A DNA stretch of 64,000 nucleotides from Candidatus Multivoradales bacterium (GCA_965223855.1 CBDCXM010000009.1:2144001-2208000); one strand, 5' to 3'. Shown: positions 10,669 through 20,190, numbered from the stretch's first letter. The notes: generated by a model not told the origin, from the letters alone. A program made the numbers and translations.

Positions 10669-10715
10669 GCACAACATGTTGTGCCGTTCGCTTGACAAAC
10701 CACAGCATGTGGGGC
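10669..10715. promoter_or_regulatory. Tandem NrdR boxes flanking a sigma70 -35 (TTGACA 10692-10697)
   Basis: Perfect 16-bp palindrome GCACAACATGTTGTGC (10669-10684) and CCACAGCATGTGGGGC (10700-10715), 31 bp apart, upstream of the RNR gene. Confidence 0.85.
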
Positions 10716-10811
10716 ATCGTTGTCGCCTCTTCAAAACGCGATTTCAAACCGAGTCGGGGCGGAAAAACGCGGAATGTCTGTGTCTGATGGACCGGTGGAG
10801 GTAGCGAGGAA

Positions 10812-13604
10812 ATGACGATGGAGCCAACCCCTGAAGCGAGCGTGAGGTCGACCGACGAGGCCGTGGCAGCCCAGCGCGCCAGGACCGCCAAAGGCAGCAG
10901 GAAGGCCACTCAGGGGTTGCGCTTCGAGCGCTACTACACTCGCACCGGAGTCGATCCGTTCGACGCCGTCGATTGGGAGACTCGCGATGCCGTGATCGCC
11001 AACGAGAAGGGCGAGAAGGTCTTCGAGCAACTCGGCGTCGAGGTGCCGAGCTTCTGGAGTCAGACGGCGACCAACGTCGTCGTGAGCAAGTATTTCCGCG
11101 GTCCCCTCGGCACGCCTGAGCGCGAGGCGAGCGTCCGCCAGCTGATTTCGCGGGTGACCGACCGGATGAAGGCGTGGGGGAGCGAAGGAGGCTACTTCGC
11201 CTCCGACGAGGACGCCGAGACCTTCCACGACGAACTCACCCACATGCTGCTCCACCAGATGGTGTGCTTCAACTCCCCGGTGTGGTTCAACGTCGGGATC
11301 GAGGAGCAGCCGCAGTGCTCGGCGTGCTTCATCAACTCGGTCGAAGACACGATGCCGTCGATCCTCAAGCTCGCCAAGACCGAGGGGATGTTGTTCAAGT
11401 TCGGCTCCGGCACCGGCAGCAACCTGTCGACGATCCGCTCGTCGAAGGAGATGCTCGCCGGCGGCGGCACCGCCTCGGGCCCGGTCTCCTTCATGAAGGG
11501 CTTCGACGCCTTCGCCGGCGTGATCAAGAGCGGCGGCAAGACGCGCCGCGCCGCCAAGATGGTGATCCTGAACGTCGATCATCCCGACATCGTCGAGTTC
11601 ATCAACTGCAAGGAGGTCGAGGAGCGCAAGGCGTGGGCGCTGATCGACGCCGGCTACGAGGGCGGCTTCAACGTCCCGGGCGGCGCCTACGACTCGGTCT
11701 TCTACCAGAACGCCAACCACTCGGTGCGGGTGACCGACGAGTTCATGCAGGCTGTGGTCGACGACTCCGACTGGACGACGCGTGCCGTCACCTCCGGCGA
11801 TCCCGTGGAGACGATGAGCGCCCGCGAGGTGATGCGCCAGATCAGCCAGTCGACCTGGCTGTGCGGCGACCCCGGCCTCCAGTACGACACGGCGATCAAC
11901 GACTGGCACACCTGCGCCAACACCGACCGGATCCACGCCAGCAACCCGTGCAGCGAGTACATGTTCCTCAACGACACGGCGTGCAACCTGGCGTCGATCA
12001 ACCTGATGAAGTACTACGACGCCGATTCCGAGCGCTTCGACGTCGACAGCTTCCGCCACACCTGCGAGGTGCTGATCACGGCGCAGGAGATCGTCGTCGA
12101 TTTCGCGAGCTATCCGACGCCGAAGATCGAAGAGAACTCACACGCCTACCGGCCGCTCGGCATCGGCTTCGCCAACCTCGGTGCGTTGCTGATGGCGCGC
12201 GGTCTGCCCTACGACTCGGAGGCCGGCCGCGACTACGCCGGTGCGATCACGGCCATGATGTCGGGCTTCTCGTATGCTCAGTCGTCGCGGGTCGCCGAGG
12301 CGATCGGCCCGTTCGCCGGCTTCGAAGACAACGCCGAACCGTGCCTGCGCGTGATGCGCAAGCACGGCGACTCGGTCCAGCAGCTCGACCCGGCGCACGT
12401 GCCGCTCGAGATGCTCCAGGGCGCCAAGGGTGCCTGGGAGGAAGTCGTGCAGCGGGGGGAGAAGAGCGGGCTGCGCAACGCGCAGATCTCGGTCGTCGCG
12501 CCCACCGGAACGATCGCCTTCATGATGGATTGCGACACCACCGGCATCGAGCCGGACATCGCTCTCGTCAAGTACAAGAAGCTCGTCGGCGGCGGCCTGA
12601 TCAAGATCGTCAACAACACCGTGCCGGTGGCGCTCAAGCGGCTGGGTTACGACAAGGCCGAGATCCAGGAGATCGTCGAGTTCATCGACGAGCACGACAC
12701 GATCGAAGGGGCACCGCACCTCAAGGACGAGCACCTGGCGGTCTTCGACTGCGCCTTCAAGCCGGCCAACGGTGCGCGCTCGATCCACCACATGGGTCAC
12801 CTCAAGATGCTCGGCGCCGTGCAGCCGTTCATCTCCGGCGCGATCAGCAAGACGATCAACATGCCGGAAGACTCGACCGTCGACGAGGTGATGGAGGCCT
12901 ACATCGAGGGTTGGAAGCTGGGCCTCAAGGCGGTCGCGATCTATCGCGACAACTGCAAGCGCAGCCAGCCTCTGTCGACGAGCCGCGAGAGCGGCAAGGC
13001 GGAGTCCACCGGTGAGGGGCAGCCTCTGCGCACGAAGCTTCCCGACGAGCGCCAGGCGTTGACCCACAAGTTCTCGGTCAACGGCAACGAGGGCTACCTC
13101 ACGGTGGGCCTCTTCGAGAACGGAATGCCGGGCGAGATCTTCATCGTCATGGCGAAGGAAGGGTCGACGATCTCGGGCCTGATGGATGCCTTCGCAACGG
13201 CGATCTCGATCGCGCTGCAGTACGGCGTGCCGCTCCAGACGCTGGTCGACAAGTTCACGCACACCCGCTTCGAGCCGTCCGGGTTCACCAACAATCCGGA
13301 GATCCCGATGGCGAAGTCGGTCATGGACTACATCTTCCGCTGGCTCGCCTCGAAGTTCCTCAGTCGCGAGAGCCAGCAGCAGGCGGGTGTGATCCTCCGC
13401 GATCCGCTCGAAGGGGCAGAGGCGGGCACCGCTGACGCTTCAGCGGTCGCCGAGCCGGCACCCTCCGACGGCAACGGGCACTCCAAGGTGACCTTCCTCT
13501 TCCAGCAGGACGCTCCGAGCTGTCACGACTGCGGCGCGATCATGGTGCGCAACGGCAGTTGCTACAAGTGCCTCGAGTGCGGCACCACCAGCGGCTGCAG
13601 TTGA
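10812..13604 (+). CDS. nrdJ: Adenosylcobalamin-dependent (class II) ribonucleotide reductase
   Basis: FNSPVWFN, QCSACFI, ASNPCSEY, CNLAS, APTGTI, ISKTIN, C-terminal TSCPD-like domain and CxxC..CxxC. Confidence 0.96.
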   Translation: MTMEPTPEASVRSTDEAVAAQRARTAKGSRKATQGLRFERYYTRTGVDPFDAVDWETRDAVIANEKGEKVFEQLGVEVPSFWSQTATNVVVSKYFRGPLGTPEREASVRQLISRVTDRMKAWGSEGGYFASDEDAETFHDELTHMLLHQMVCFNSPVWFNVGIEEQPQCSACFINSVEDTMPSILKLAKTEGMLFKFGSGTGSNLSTIRSSKEMLAGGGTASGPVSFMKGFDAFAGVIKSGGKTRRAAKMVILNVDHPDIVEFINCKEVEERKAWALIDAGYEGGFNVPGGAYDSVFYQNANHSVRVTDEFMQAVVDDSDWTTRAVTSGDPVETMSAREVMRQISQSTWLCGDPGLQYDTAINDWHTCANTDRIHASNPCSEYMFLNDTACNLASINLMKYYDADSERFDVDSFRHTCEVLITAQEIVVDFASYPTPKIEENSHAYRPLGIGFANLGALLMARGLPYDSEAGRDYAGAITAMMSGFSYAQSSRVAEAIGPFAGFEDNAEPCLRVMRKHGDSVQQLDPAHVPLEMLQGAKGAWEEVVQRGEKSGLRNAQISVVAPTGTIAFMMDCDTTGIEPDIALVKYKKLVGGGLIKIVNNTVPVALKRLGYDKAEIQEIVEFIDEHDTIEGAPHLKDEHLAVFDCAFKPANGARSIHHMGHLKMLGAVQPFISGAISKTINMPEDSTVDEVMEAYIEGWKLGLKAVAIYRDNCKRSQPLSTSRESGKAESTGEGQPLRTKLPDERQALTHKFSVNGNEGYLTVGLFENGMPGEIFIVMAKEGSTISGLMDAFATAISIALQYGVPLQTLVDKFTHTRFEPSGFTNNPEIPMAKSVMDYIFRWLASKFLSRESQQQAGVILRDPLEGAEAGTADASAVAEPAPSDGNGHSKVTFLFQQDAPSCHDCGAIMVRNGSCYKCLECGTTSGCS

Positions 13605-13638
13605 CCCGGCAGGAGCGCGGCGGGAGGCAGGCCTTGTC

Positions 13639-14256
13639 GTGCATCGTGGGAGCCCTTCGTTGAGCGCGGAGCGAGATGGCGGCACTTCCCGTCCGAGCCT
13701 CGGATGGATCCTCATCGCCGCGGTGGTCTCGGTCGCTCTGGGCTACGGGCTTCGAAAGGCGGTCGACTCCAGCGCGCCCGCCGTGCGCGGTGGGCATCCA
13801 TCCGGCGGAGCCGTGTCGGGTTCCGAATCCGCTCCCGAACGCCCGACCCGGCTCGAGTTCGATCTCGAGCGTCTCGAGGGCGGGCGCGCTACGGCGGGAG
13901 ACTTCTCGAGCGAGGTGCTCGTCGTCGACTTCTGGGCGACCTGGTGCGGCCCGTGTCGCGCCCAGGCGGACATTCTCCACGAACTGGCCGAGGAGTACGC
14001 CGAGGCCTCAGTGGCGTTCGTAGCGCTCAACGTGGGCGAGCCGATGGAACTGGTGCGCGACTTCGTGGCCGACACTCCGTTCGGCTACCCGGTGCTCCTC
14101 GATCCGACCGAAAGGCTTGGGGGCCGCTACGGCATCTATGCGCTGCCGACGGTGATGGTCGTCGACCGGGACAAGACGATCCGCTACCAGCACATGGGCA
14201 TCTCGAGCGCGGCGACCCTGCGCGTCGAGATCGATCGCGTCCTCGAAGACGGCTGA
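13639..14256 (+). CDS. TlpA/ResA family thiol-disulfide oxidoreductase (start uncertain)
   Basis: N-terminal TM, DFWATWCGPC, YGIYALPT. Confidence 0.9.
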   Translation: MHRGSPSLSAERDGGTSRPSLGWILIAAVVSVALGYGLRKAVDSSAPAVRGGHPSGGAVSGSESAPERPTRLEFDLERLEGGRATAGDFSSEVLVVDFWATWCGPCRAQADILHELAEEYAEASVAFVALNVGEPMELVRDFVADTPFGYPVLLDPTERLGGRYGIYALPTVMVVDRDKTIRYQHMGISSAATLRVEIDRVLEDG

Positions 14257-14371
14257 TCGGCCTGCAGCCGAGGAGCCGATCGAGCAGGGAAGGCCACTCT
14301 GGCCAAGACCTCTCGAGCGACGGCCCCGGGAGGGGCCGCCGTCGAGTGCACAGCGCCAGGCGAGAGCCGCG

Positions 14372-14989
14372 CTACTTCAGTACGACGAGCGCGACGCGCC
14401 GGTTCTGGGCGCGTCCGTCGCGGTTGCCGTTGTCGGCGACCGGAGCCGATTCACCGTAGGAGATGACCGACATCCGGTGCAGGGCGAAGCCGTGGTTGGC
14501 GCTCAGGTAGTGGCGCACCGCCTCGGCCCGCTGCTCGCCGAGCTTCCGGTTGTACTCCTCGGAGCCGGTCGAGTCGGTGTGGCCCTGGATCTCGATGAAG
14601 ACGTTCTCGTTCTCGGCCTTGAGCTCGGCGGCGAACTCGTCGAGCGCCGCCTGGGCTTCCGGGCTGAGATCGGACCGGTCGACGGCAAAGCGGAACTTGT
14701 CGGAAGACAGCACGGTCTCGAAGAGGAACTTGCCCTCCGCGAGCTGCCCCGCTTCGACGGCGCGGTCGTAGGCGTCGCGCGCGGTCTGCGAAGCCTCGGC
14801 GAGACGCTCCTCGTTCTCCTCGATCGCGGACTGGTTCTCTTCGACCTGGGTCTCGATCTCGTCGACGCGCTCCGCGGTCCGGGCCTCGGACATGTCGATC
14901 TCGCTTTGCACGTACTTCTTGGTGGCGCAGCCGGTCGCAACGATCAGGACGATGGCGACCAGGGCAATGAAGTGAAGCTGTCGTTTCAC
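14372..14989 (-). CDS. OmpA-family peptidoglycan-binding lipoprotein
   Basis: Lipobox ATGC, coiled coil, IQGHTDSTG..EYN..LG..RA, ISYGE, NRRV. Confidence 0.92.
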   Translation of the reverse strand: MKRQLHFIALVAIVLIVATGCATKKYVQSEIDMSEARTAERVDEIETQVEENQSAIEENEERLAEASQTARDAYDRAVEAGQLAEGKFLFETVLSSDKFRFAVDRSDLSPEAQAALDEFAAELKAENENVFIEIQGHTDSTGSEEYNRKLGEQRAEAVRHYLSANHGFALHRMSVISYGESAPVADNGNRDGRAQNRRVALVVLK

Positions 14990-16065
14990 GGTTTGGATCC
15001 TCCTTCGGCGCTCTCTCGGGTGGGTCGGCGCATTCTAGTCGGAGCCGTCCCTTCATAGCTATGACGGTAGCGGACCTCGAACTTCTTCTTCCGACCGGCG
15101 AGCGAGACTTCGATCTTGCGCCGGCCGACCTTGCCCTCGCCGCTGGTGGGGAACCCGAGGATGTACTGGTAGCGGAGGCTCTCGACGATCTCGCCGCAGG
15201 CGCGGACGATCTGCGTCTCCGACTCCACCGGGTGATAGCCGCCCCCGGTCGCCCAGCCGATCAGGTTGAGCATGTCGGCGAGGCGATGCACCTTGTCGCC
15301 CTCCCGGGTGATCTCGAAGGCGCTGCCGGTGTCGAGGCCGATGACGTGCACGGGGACCTCGGCCTGCCGCACCTCCCGGCGCGCCTCGTTGGCCAGCAGC
15401 ACGCTCGCATTGTCGACCCCGTCGGTCACCAGAATGACCGCGCGGCGGGGCGAGGTGCGCGAGTGGACCAGATCGGGTAGCCAGGCGACGGCGTCGTGCA
15501 GCGCGGTCCTGCCGAAACCGTCCCACGCCGTGATCGCCTCGCGGATGGAGCTCTCCGGCCCCGGAAACGGGACGTCGACGAAGAGACGCCGGTCGCTGAA
15601 GGTCGCGACCGCGAACTCGTCGCCGGGCCGGCTGCGCCGCAGCACGCATTCAACCAGCGTGCGACTCTGGTCGAGCTTGCCGCCGAGCCCCATGCTGCCG
15701 GAGAGATCCTGCAGGAAGAGCACGCCGATCGGCGCGCTGGCGCCGCTCTCGAACGAGTCGAAGGCGATCCGCCGACCGTCGACACGGAGCACGAAGTCCC
15801 GCGCGTCGAACTGGTCCTGAAAGCCGCTCGGCCCGTGGACGACGACGGGCACCAGCACGTAGCCGACCGAGACCTGCCCCTCGAAGCCGGGAGCGGGGTC
15901 GCTGCCGGGTGTCGTTGCGGGCGCCGGCTGTCGCGCTTCGGTCTCCGGCGCTTGCGCTTCCTGAGCCGCCACCGTCGACGCGTGTGGGAGACCGGTCACG
16001 GCGACCAGCAGCGCCGCTGCGACGGGGGATCGAAGAGAGCTCCTCTTTGCTAGCCTGCCTCCCAT
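14986..16065 (-). CDS. Secreted VWA-domain protein (Acidobacteria-type); start uncertain
   Basis: Signal-like segment, MIDAS DLSGSM, GRTALHDAV, LVTDGVDN, ATGG, QYILGF. Confidence 0.82.
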   Translation of the reverse strand: MGGRLAKRSSLRSPVAAALLVAVTGLPHASTVAAQEAQAPETEARQPAPATTPGSDPAPGFEGQVSVGYVLVPVVVHGPSGFQDQFDARDFVLRVDGRRIAFDSFESGASAPIGVLFLQDLSGSMGLGGKLDQSRTLVECVLRRSRPGDEFAVATFSDRRLFVDVPFPGPESSIREAITAWDGFGRTALHDAVAWLPDLVHSRTSPRRAVILVTDGVDNASVLLANEARREVRQAEVPVHVIGLDTGSAFEITREGDKVHRLADMLNLIGWATGGGYHPVESETQIVRACGEIVESLRYQYILGFPTSGEGKVGRRKIEVSLAGRKKKFEVRYRHSYEGTAPTRMRRPTRESAEGGSKP

Positions 16066-16324
16066 GGAAATCCCCGAGGGCACCACCCCGGTCAACATCC
16101 GGAACTTCTCGATCAAGTGCGGTCGGTGCGACACGTACCAGACTCTAAGTCACTTCGAGCAGCGGGGGGAGTGGAATGTCTACACCTACCTGTGCGAGAG
16201 CGAGATCTGCGACCCGGAAGTCACCCGCACCCTCGTCGAGGTGCCCTCCGCGATCGACGAATTCGCCAGCCGAGACCCGGGCTGGAGAGGGGGAGGGCGG
16301 CACGGTGAGTGGGGTGATGCCTGA
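16064..16324 (+). CDS. Small hypothetical protein, possible Zn-ribbon
   Basis: 86 aa with genome-like codon use; CGRC and CESEIC cysteine pairs. Confidence 0.6.
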   Translation: MEIPEGTTPVNIRNFSIKCGRCDTYQTLSHFEQRGEWNVYTYLCESEICDPEVTRTLVEVPSAIDEFASRDPGWRGGGRHGEWGDA

Positions 16325-16517
16325 CCGATCGACCTCCCGCTGTCGAACTCTTCCGCTCCGCAGTGCTGTGTTATTCTGCGCCCTCTTCGAGAGGATCGCG
16401 CGCCCCCGAGCGCAGCCCGATCCGTTCACCTTTTCTCCATTCATCGACGTCGGTCGCAGGGCGGAGCTGCCGCGTTACCGCCTCTTCCGACGCCGCAGCC
16501 AACAGGGATCCTGATCC

Positions 16518-17582
16518 ATGAAGCGAATCGTGCACATCGTGGGAACCGGGACGATCGGCGAGCCTCTGATCGGCCTCTTCACCGACTTCGCCGACCGGTT
16601 CGGCATCGACGAGGTCACCTTTCACAAACGGACTCCTCTGGAGTCGGACCGCTCCCGGATCCAGCATCTGATGGACCGCGGTGCGAACCTCGTGACCGAG
16701 CCCGAATCGGTTCATGCCTTCGAAGGGATGGGGCAGAAGGTCAGCTACGAGGCGCAGGAGGCGCTCGAGCGCGCGACCGTCGTGATCGACTGCACCCCAG
16801 CCGGCAACGACAACAAGAAGAACCTCTACTCCAAGCTCTCCGGCCCGAAGGGGTTCCTGGCACAGGGGAGCGAGTTCGGCTTCGGCAAGCCGTATGCGAG
16901 GGGGGTCAACGACGAGGCGATGAGCGCCGAGGACGATCGCTTCGTCCAGGTCGTCTCCTGCAACACTCACAACATCACGACCCTCATCAAGACGCTGGCT
17001 GGAAACGACGAGGGCGGGATCGGGCTCGATCGTGGGACCTTCGTCTGCATGCGCCGTGCGAACGACATCACGCAGGCGGGGTCGTTCCTGCCCGCCCCCG
17101 CGGTCGGCAAGCACGGTGACGAGGAGTTCGGCACCCATCACGCTCGCGACGCCTACCATCTCTTCGAGACGATCGACACCAGGCTCGACCTGTTCTCGAG
17201 TGCCGTCAAGCTCAACACCCAGTACATGCACTCGATCTGGTTCAACCTCGTGCTCGACCACGACACGACGCTCGAGGAGGTCTACGACCGTCTGCGGGCG
17301 AACCACCGGGTGGCGGTGACCGACAAGCCGCACGCGAACCTGATCTTCAGCTTCGGTCGCGATCACGGCTACTACGGCCGGATCCTCTCGCAGACGGTGG
17401 TGGTGCTGCCGACACTCCTGGTGCGGCGCAAGCGCGAGATCGTCGGCTTCTGCTTCACTCCGCAGGACGGCAACTCGCTGCTGTCTTCGGTGGCCGCGGC
17501 GCTGTGGCGCATGAGCCTCGACTGGGACGACGTCGGCAAGCGGCTCGAGCCGATCCGGCGCTGGCTCTATCAGGAAATCTGA
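16518..17582 (+). CDS. Archaeal-type (class II) GAPDH homologue
   Basis: GTGTIG, VIDCTP, AQGSE, VVSCNT, RRAND, THHARD, YMHSI match class II GAPDH motifs in order. Confidence 0.78.
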   Translation: MKRIVHIVGTGTIGEPLIGLFTDFADRFGIDEVTFHKRTPLESDRSRIQHLMDRGANLVTEPESVHAFEGMGQKVSYEAQEALERATVVIDCTPAGNDNKKNLYSKLSGPKGFLAQGSEFGFGKPYARGVNDEAMSAEDDRFVQVVSCNTHNITTLIKTLAGNDEGGIGLDRGTFVCMRRANDITQAGSFLPAPAVGKHGDEEFGTHHARDAYHLFETIDTRLDLFSSAVKLNTQYMHSIWFNLVLDHDTTLEEVYDRLRANHRVAVTDKPHANLIFSFGRDHGYYGRILSQTVVVLPTLLVRRKREIVGFCFTPQDGNSLLSSVAAALWRMSLDWDDVGKRLEPIRRWLYQEI

Positions 17583-17617
17583 GAGCCGCCCGAACGGCGC
17601 CGCGCAGTAGGGCTCAA

Positions 17618-18430
17618 GTGCGCTGGAACTTCGGCAGCCTCAGTCTCGAGGGTGAGTCTCGTGGCGGCGACCGGACCTGGTTCCGGGTGCAACCGCCCGG
17701 AATCGCGTTCGACGCGGGTCGAGGAGCGCTGCCGCTGGCCGGCACCCGCCACCTCTTTATCAGCCACGGCCACCTCGATCACTGCCTCGGCGTACCGTTC
17801 ATCCTCTCCTACCGGGCGCGGCACGGAGGGGAGCCGACGGTCGTCGTCTGCCCGCGCCCCGTCGCCGGGAGGCTCGAGGCTCTGATCGAGAGTGCCTCTC
17901 GCCTCGAGGAGCACGACTACCACTACGAAGTTCACGGCTTCGAACCGGGCGACGAGATGGTGGTGGGAAGCTACCGGGTCGTAGCCTTTCCGACCGACCA
18001 TGTCGTCCCGAGTCTCGGCTACAAGCTTGTTCGGGGCCGGCGTCGTTTGCGTCCCCGGTTCGAGGGGCTCCCGAGCGAGGAACTGAAGGCACTGCGCGAG
18101 CGGGGCATGGAGATCGAGCACCGCGTCGAGGAGACGTGGCTCGCCTACTGTGGTGACACTGGTCGGGGGATCTTCGACCTTGCGCCCGAGATCGGCGAGA
18201 GCGAGGTGCTGGTGATCGAGTGCACCTTCCTCGACCCCGCCCATCGCGACAAGGCGCGCGAGTTCGGCCACCTCCACTTCGAAGATCTGGTGGAGCACCG
18301 GGACCTCTTCGACAACCGACATCTGGTGCTGTGCCATCTGAGCCGCCGGCACTCGGAGGGTGAGCTTCGCCGTGAGGTCGAAGCGCGGCTGCCGGAGCTG
18401 GCGTCGAGAGTGGTGCTGGCCGTAGCCTGA
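17618..18430 (+). CDS. Short tRNase Z-like MBL hydrolase (TM-type arm)
   Basis: ISHGHLDH, TDHVVPSLGY, arm RLRPRFEGL..EELKALRERG, YCGDT, IECTF, GHLH, HLSRR. Confidence 0.8.
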   Translation: MRWNFGSLSLEGESRGGDRTWFRVQPPGIAFDAGRGALPLAGTRHLFISHGHLDHCLGVPFILSYRARHGGEPTVVVCPRPVAGRLEALIESASRLEEHDYHYEVHGFEPGDEMVVGSYRVVAFPTDHVVPSLGYKLVRGRRRLRPRFEGLPSEELKALRERGMEIEHRVEETWLAYCGDTGRGIFDLAPEIGESEVLVIECTFLDPAHRDKAREFGHLHFEDLVEHRDLFDNRHLVLCHLSRRHSEGELRREVEARLPELASRVVLAVA

Positions 18431-18499
18431 GGAAGGCCGGATGAGCCAGCGCCAGATGAGCACAGGAGCACAAGAGCAGGGGCAGATGAGCAGCGGCAG

Positions 18500-19700
18500 A
18501 TGAGCAAGCGTGGCATGACGCGGGTGGTCGAGCTCCACCGCGGAGACGAAGTCGAGGTGGAGGTGGAGAAGCTGGTCGCCGGCGGCGACGGGCTGGCGAG
18601 GTACGACGGCCTGCCGGTGTTCGTCCCCTTCAGCGCGCCGGGAGATCGGGCGCGTGTCCGCATCACCGAACGCAAGCCTTCGTACGCCCGTGCGGAACTC
18701 GTCGAGCTGCTCACTCCCGGCCCCGGCCGGCGGGAGCCGCGCTGCCGGCACTTCGAGGTTTGCGGCGGCTGCGACCTGCAGCATCTCGAGGACGAGCGCC
18801 AGCTCGAGCTCAAGGTCGCGGCTACTACCGAGACCCTCGCGCGACTGTCGAAGGTCGCACTGCCCGAGGCCGAGGTCGTCAGCCGGCGACTCCTGGGGCT
18901 ACCGGCGGAGAGCGCAGTTGCACGGCTCGCCGCGCGGAGAGGCGCCCGCCCTCGGCTTTCGCCAGCGGGGCAGTCACCGGCTGGTGCGGGTGCTCGAGTG
19001 CCCGGTGCTGGCGCCCGAGCTGGAGGCGGTCGTCCGCCGGCTGCCCGACCCGCTCGACGAGACTCCGCCGGGGCGGCTCCACCTCGCAGTCGGCGACGAC
19101 GGGACGGTGGCCGCCACCCCGACCAACCCCTGGCTTGCCGGTGGGAGCCTCGGCTTCGAGGTGCCCCCGTTCTCCTACGAGTTCGACGCCGGAAGCTTCG
19201 CGCAGGCACACACCGGGCTGACGCCGGCGCTGGTGAAGGAAGTGGTCGGCGAGGCGACCGGGCAGCTCGCCCTCGACCTCTATGCGGGCGTGGGGCTTTT
19301 CGCACTGCCGCTCAGCGCTCGCTACGAGCGGGTGATCGCCGTCGAGGGTCAGCGCGAGGCGGCCCGCTTCGCGCGCCGCAACAGCAGCTCCAACGGCGTG
19401 CCGAACGTCGAGGTCGTGCACCAGGCGGTCGAGAGCTGGCTCGACCGGTTCTCCCAGGAGTGCGACCGCGTAGTCGTCGACCCGCCGCGAAGCGGACTCG
19501 ACCGCGCTGTCGTTCGCCGGCTCCTGGAGATCGCACCGTCGGCGATCACCTACGTCTCCTGCCATCCCGCCGCCCTCTCGCGGGACCTCGGGCAGCTGGA
19601 CGGCGCCTACGCCGTCGACCGCCTTGTCTTCTTCGACCTCTTCCCGCAGACCGGACACATGGAAGCGGTCGTCCATCTGGCGAGGCGACTCGCGGCGTAG
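18500..19700 (+). pseudogene. rlmD: RlmD/TrmA-family RNA m5U methyltransferase, split by a 1-nt frameshift near 18883 (pseudogene or sequencing error)
   Basis: TRAM domain and CRHFEVCGGCDLQH in frame 18500; GYRRR, LDLYAGVG, DPPRSGL, YVSC, DLFPQTGHME in frame 18654..19700. Confidence 0.85.
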
Positions 19701-20010
19701 ATCGGTCTCGAGGGTTCCGGTCGACCTACCGACCCTCGTCTTGCAGAAGTCTGCGAAGGGGGTGATCGCACTCCTGCTCGACACCGTTGGTGCCGGCTCG
19801 GGGCCGGGTGTGAAGGGCGTTCAGGTACGCCAGGAGGTCGGTAGTCGATCGCGGTCTTCACGGTCCGTGAGCTGATGCCACGGTCGCCGGTCTCGATGCC
19901 GGGCCCGGTGGGCTGCCCTACCCGGAAGTCTTTCGCCTGGGCCTCCGGGCATCGGGAGTGGTCATCTGGGAGTCGCCGTGCGAGCCACCGGGTGGACCAC
20001 TATTCACCTG

Positions 20011-20038
20011 GCACCTGTAGACGAGCACCTGTAGACGA
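20011..20038. repeat. Exact 14-bp tandem direct repeat GCACCTGTAGACGA x2
   Basis: Read directly at 20011-20024 and 20025-20038. Confidence 0.9.
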
Positions 20039-20174
20039 GGGCGGTCAGAACCGCTTCAAGCGGTTGGACTCATCCGGTCTGCTTGAATCGATCTTGGCCG
20101 ATTCGCGTGGCGGCGCGCAGGCCTGGACCTGCATAACTTCCCTTGCCGAAAGGATTTTCGCCCTCGAGGCAGGA

Positions 20175-20190
20175 TGGCACGGGACGTGCG
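20175..20190 (+). promoter_or_regulatory. Putative sigma54 (-24/-12) promoter
   Basis: TGGCACGGGACGTGCG: GG(20176-77)-N10-GC(20188-89) in non-coding DNA. Confidence 0.6.

Noticed and set aside
10500-10811. Cobalamin riboswitch upstream of the B12-dependent nrdJ
   Set aside because: No B12-box or AGGGAA/GCCACTG-type core recognised; NrdR boxes explain the region
10812-13604. Intein or intron in the ribonucleotide reductase
   Set aside because: Length and motif spacing are normal for NrdJ; no splice-junction or homing endonuclease motifs seen
20011-20038. Tandem repeat as a CRISPR remnant
   Set aside because: Only two 14-bp copies, no spacer, no cas genes
20040-20110. CTTCAAG loop resembling a tRNA-Sec anticodon arm near the selenoprotein
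   Set aside because: No acceptor stem, T-arm or CCA can be built around it; treated as a DNA dyad instead
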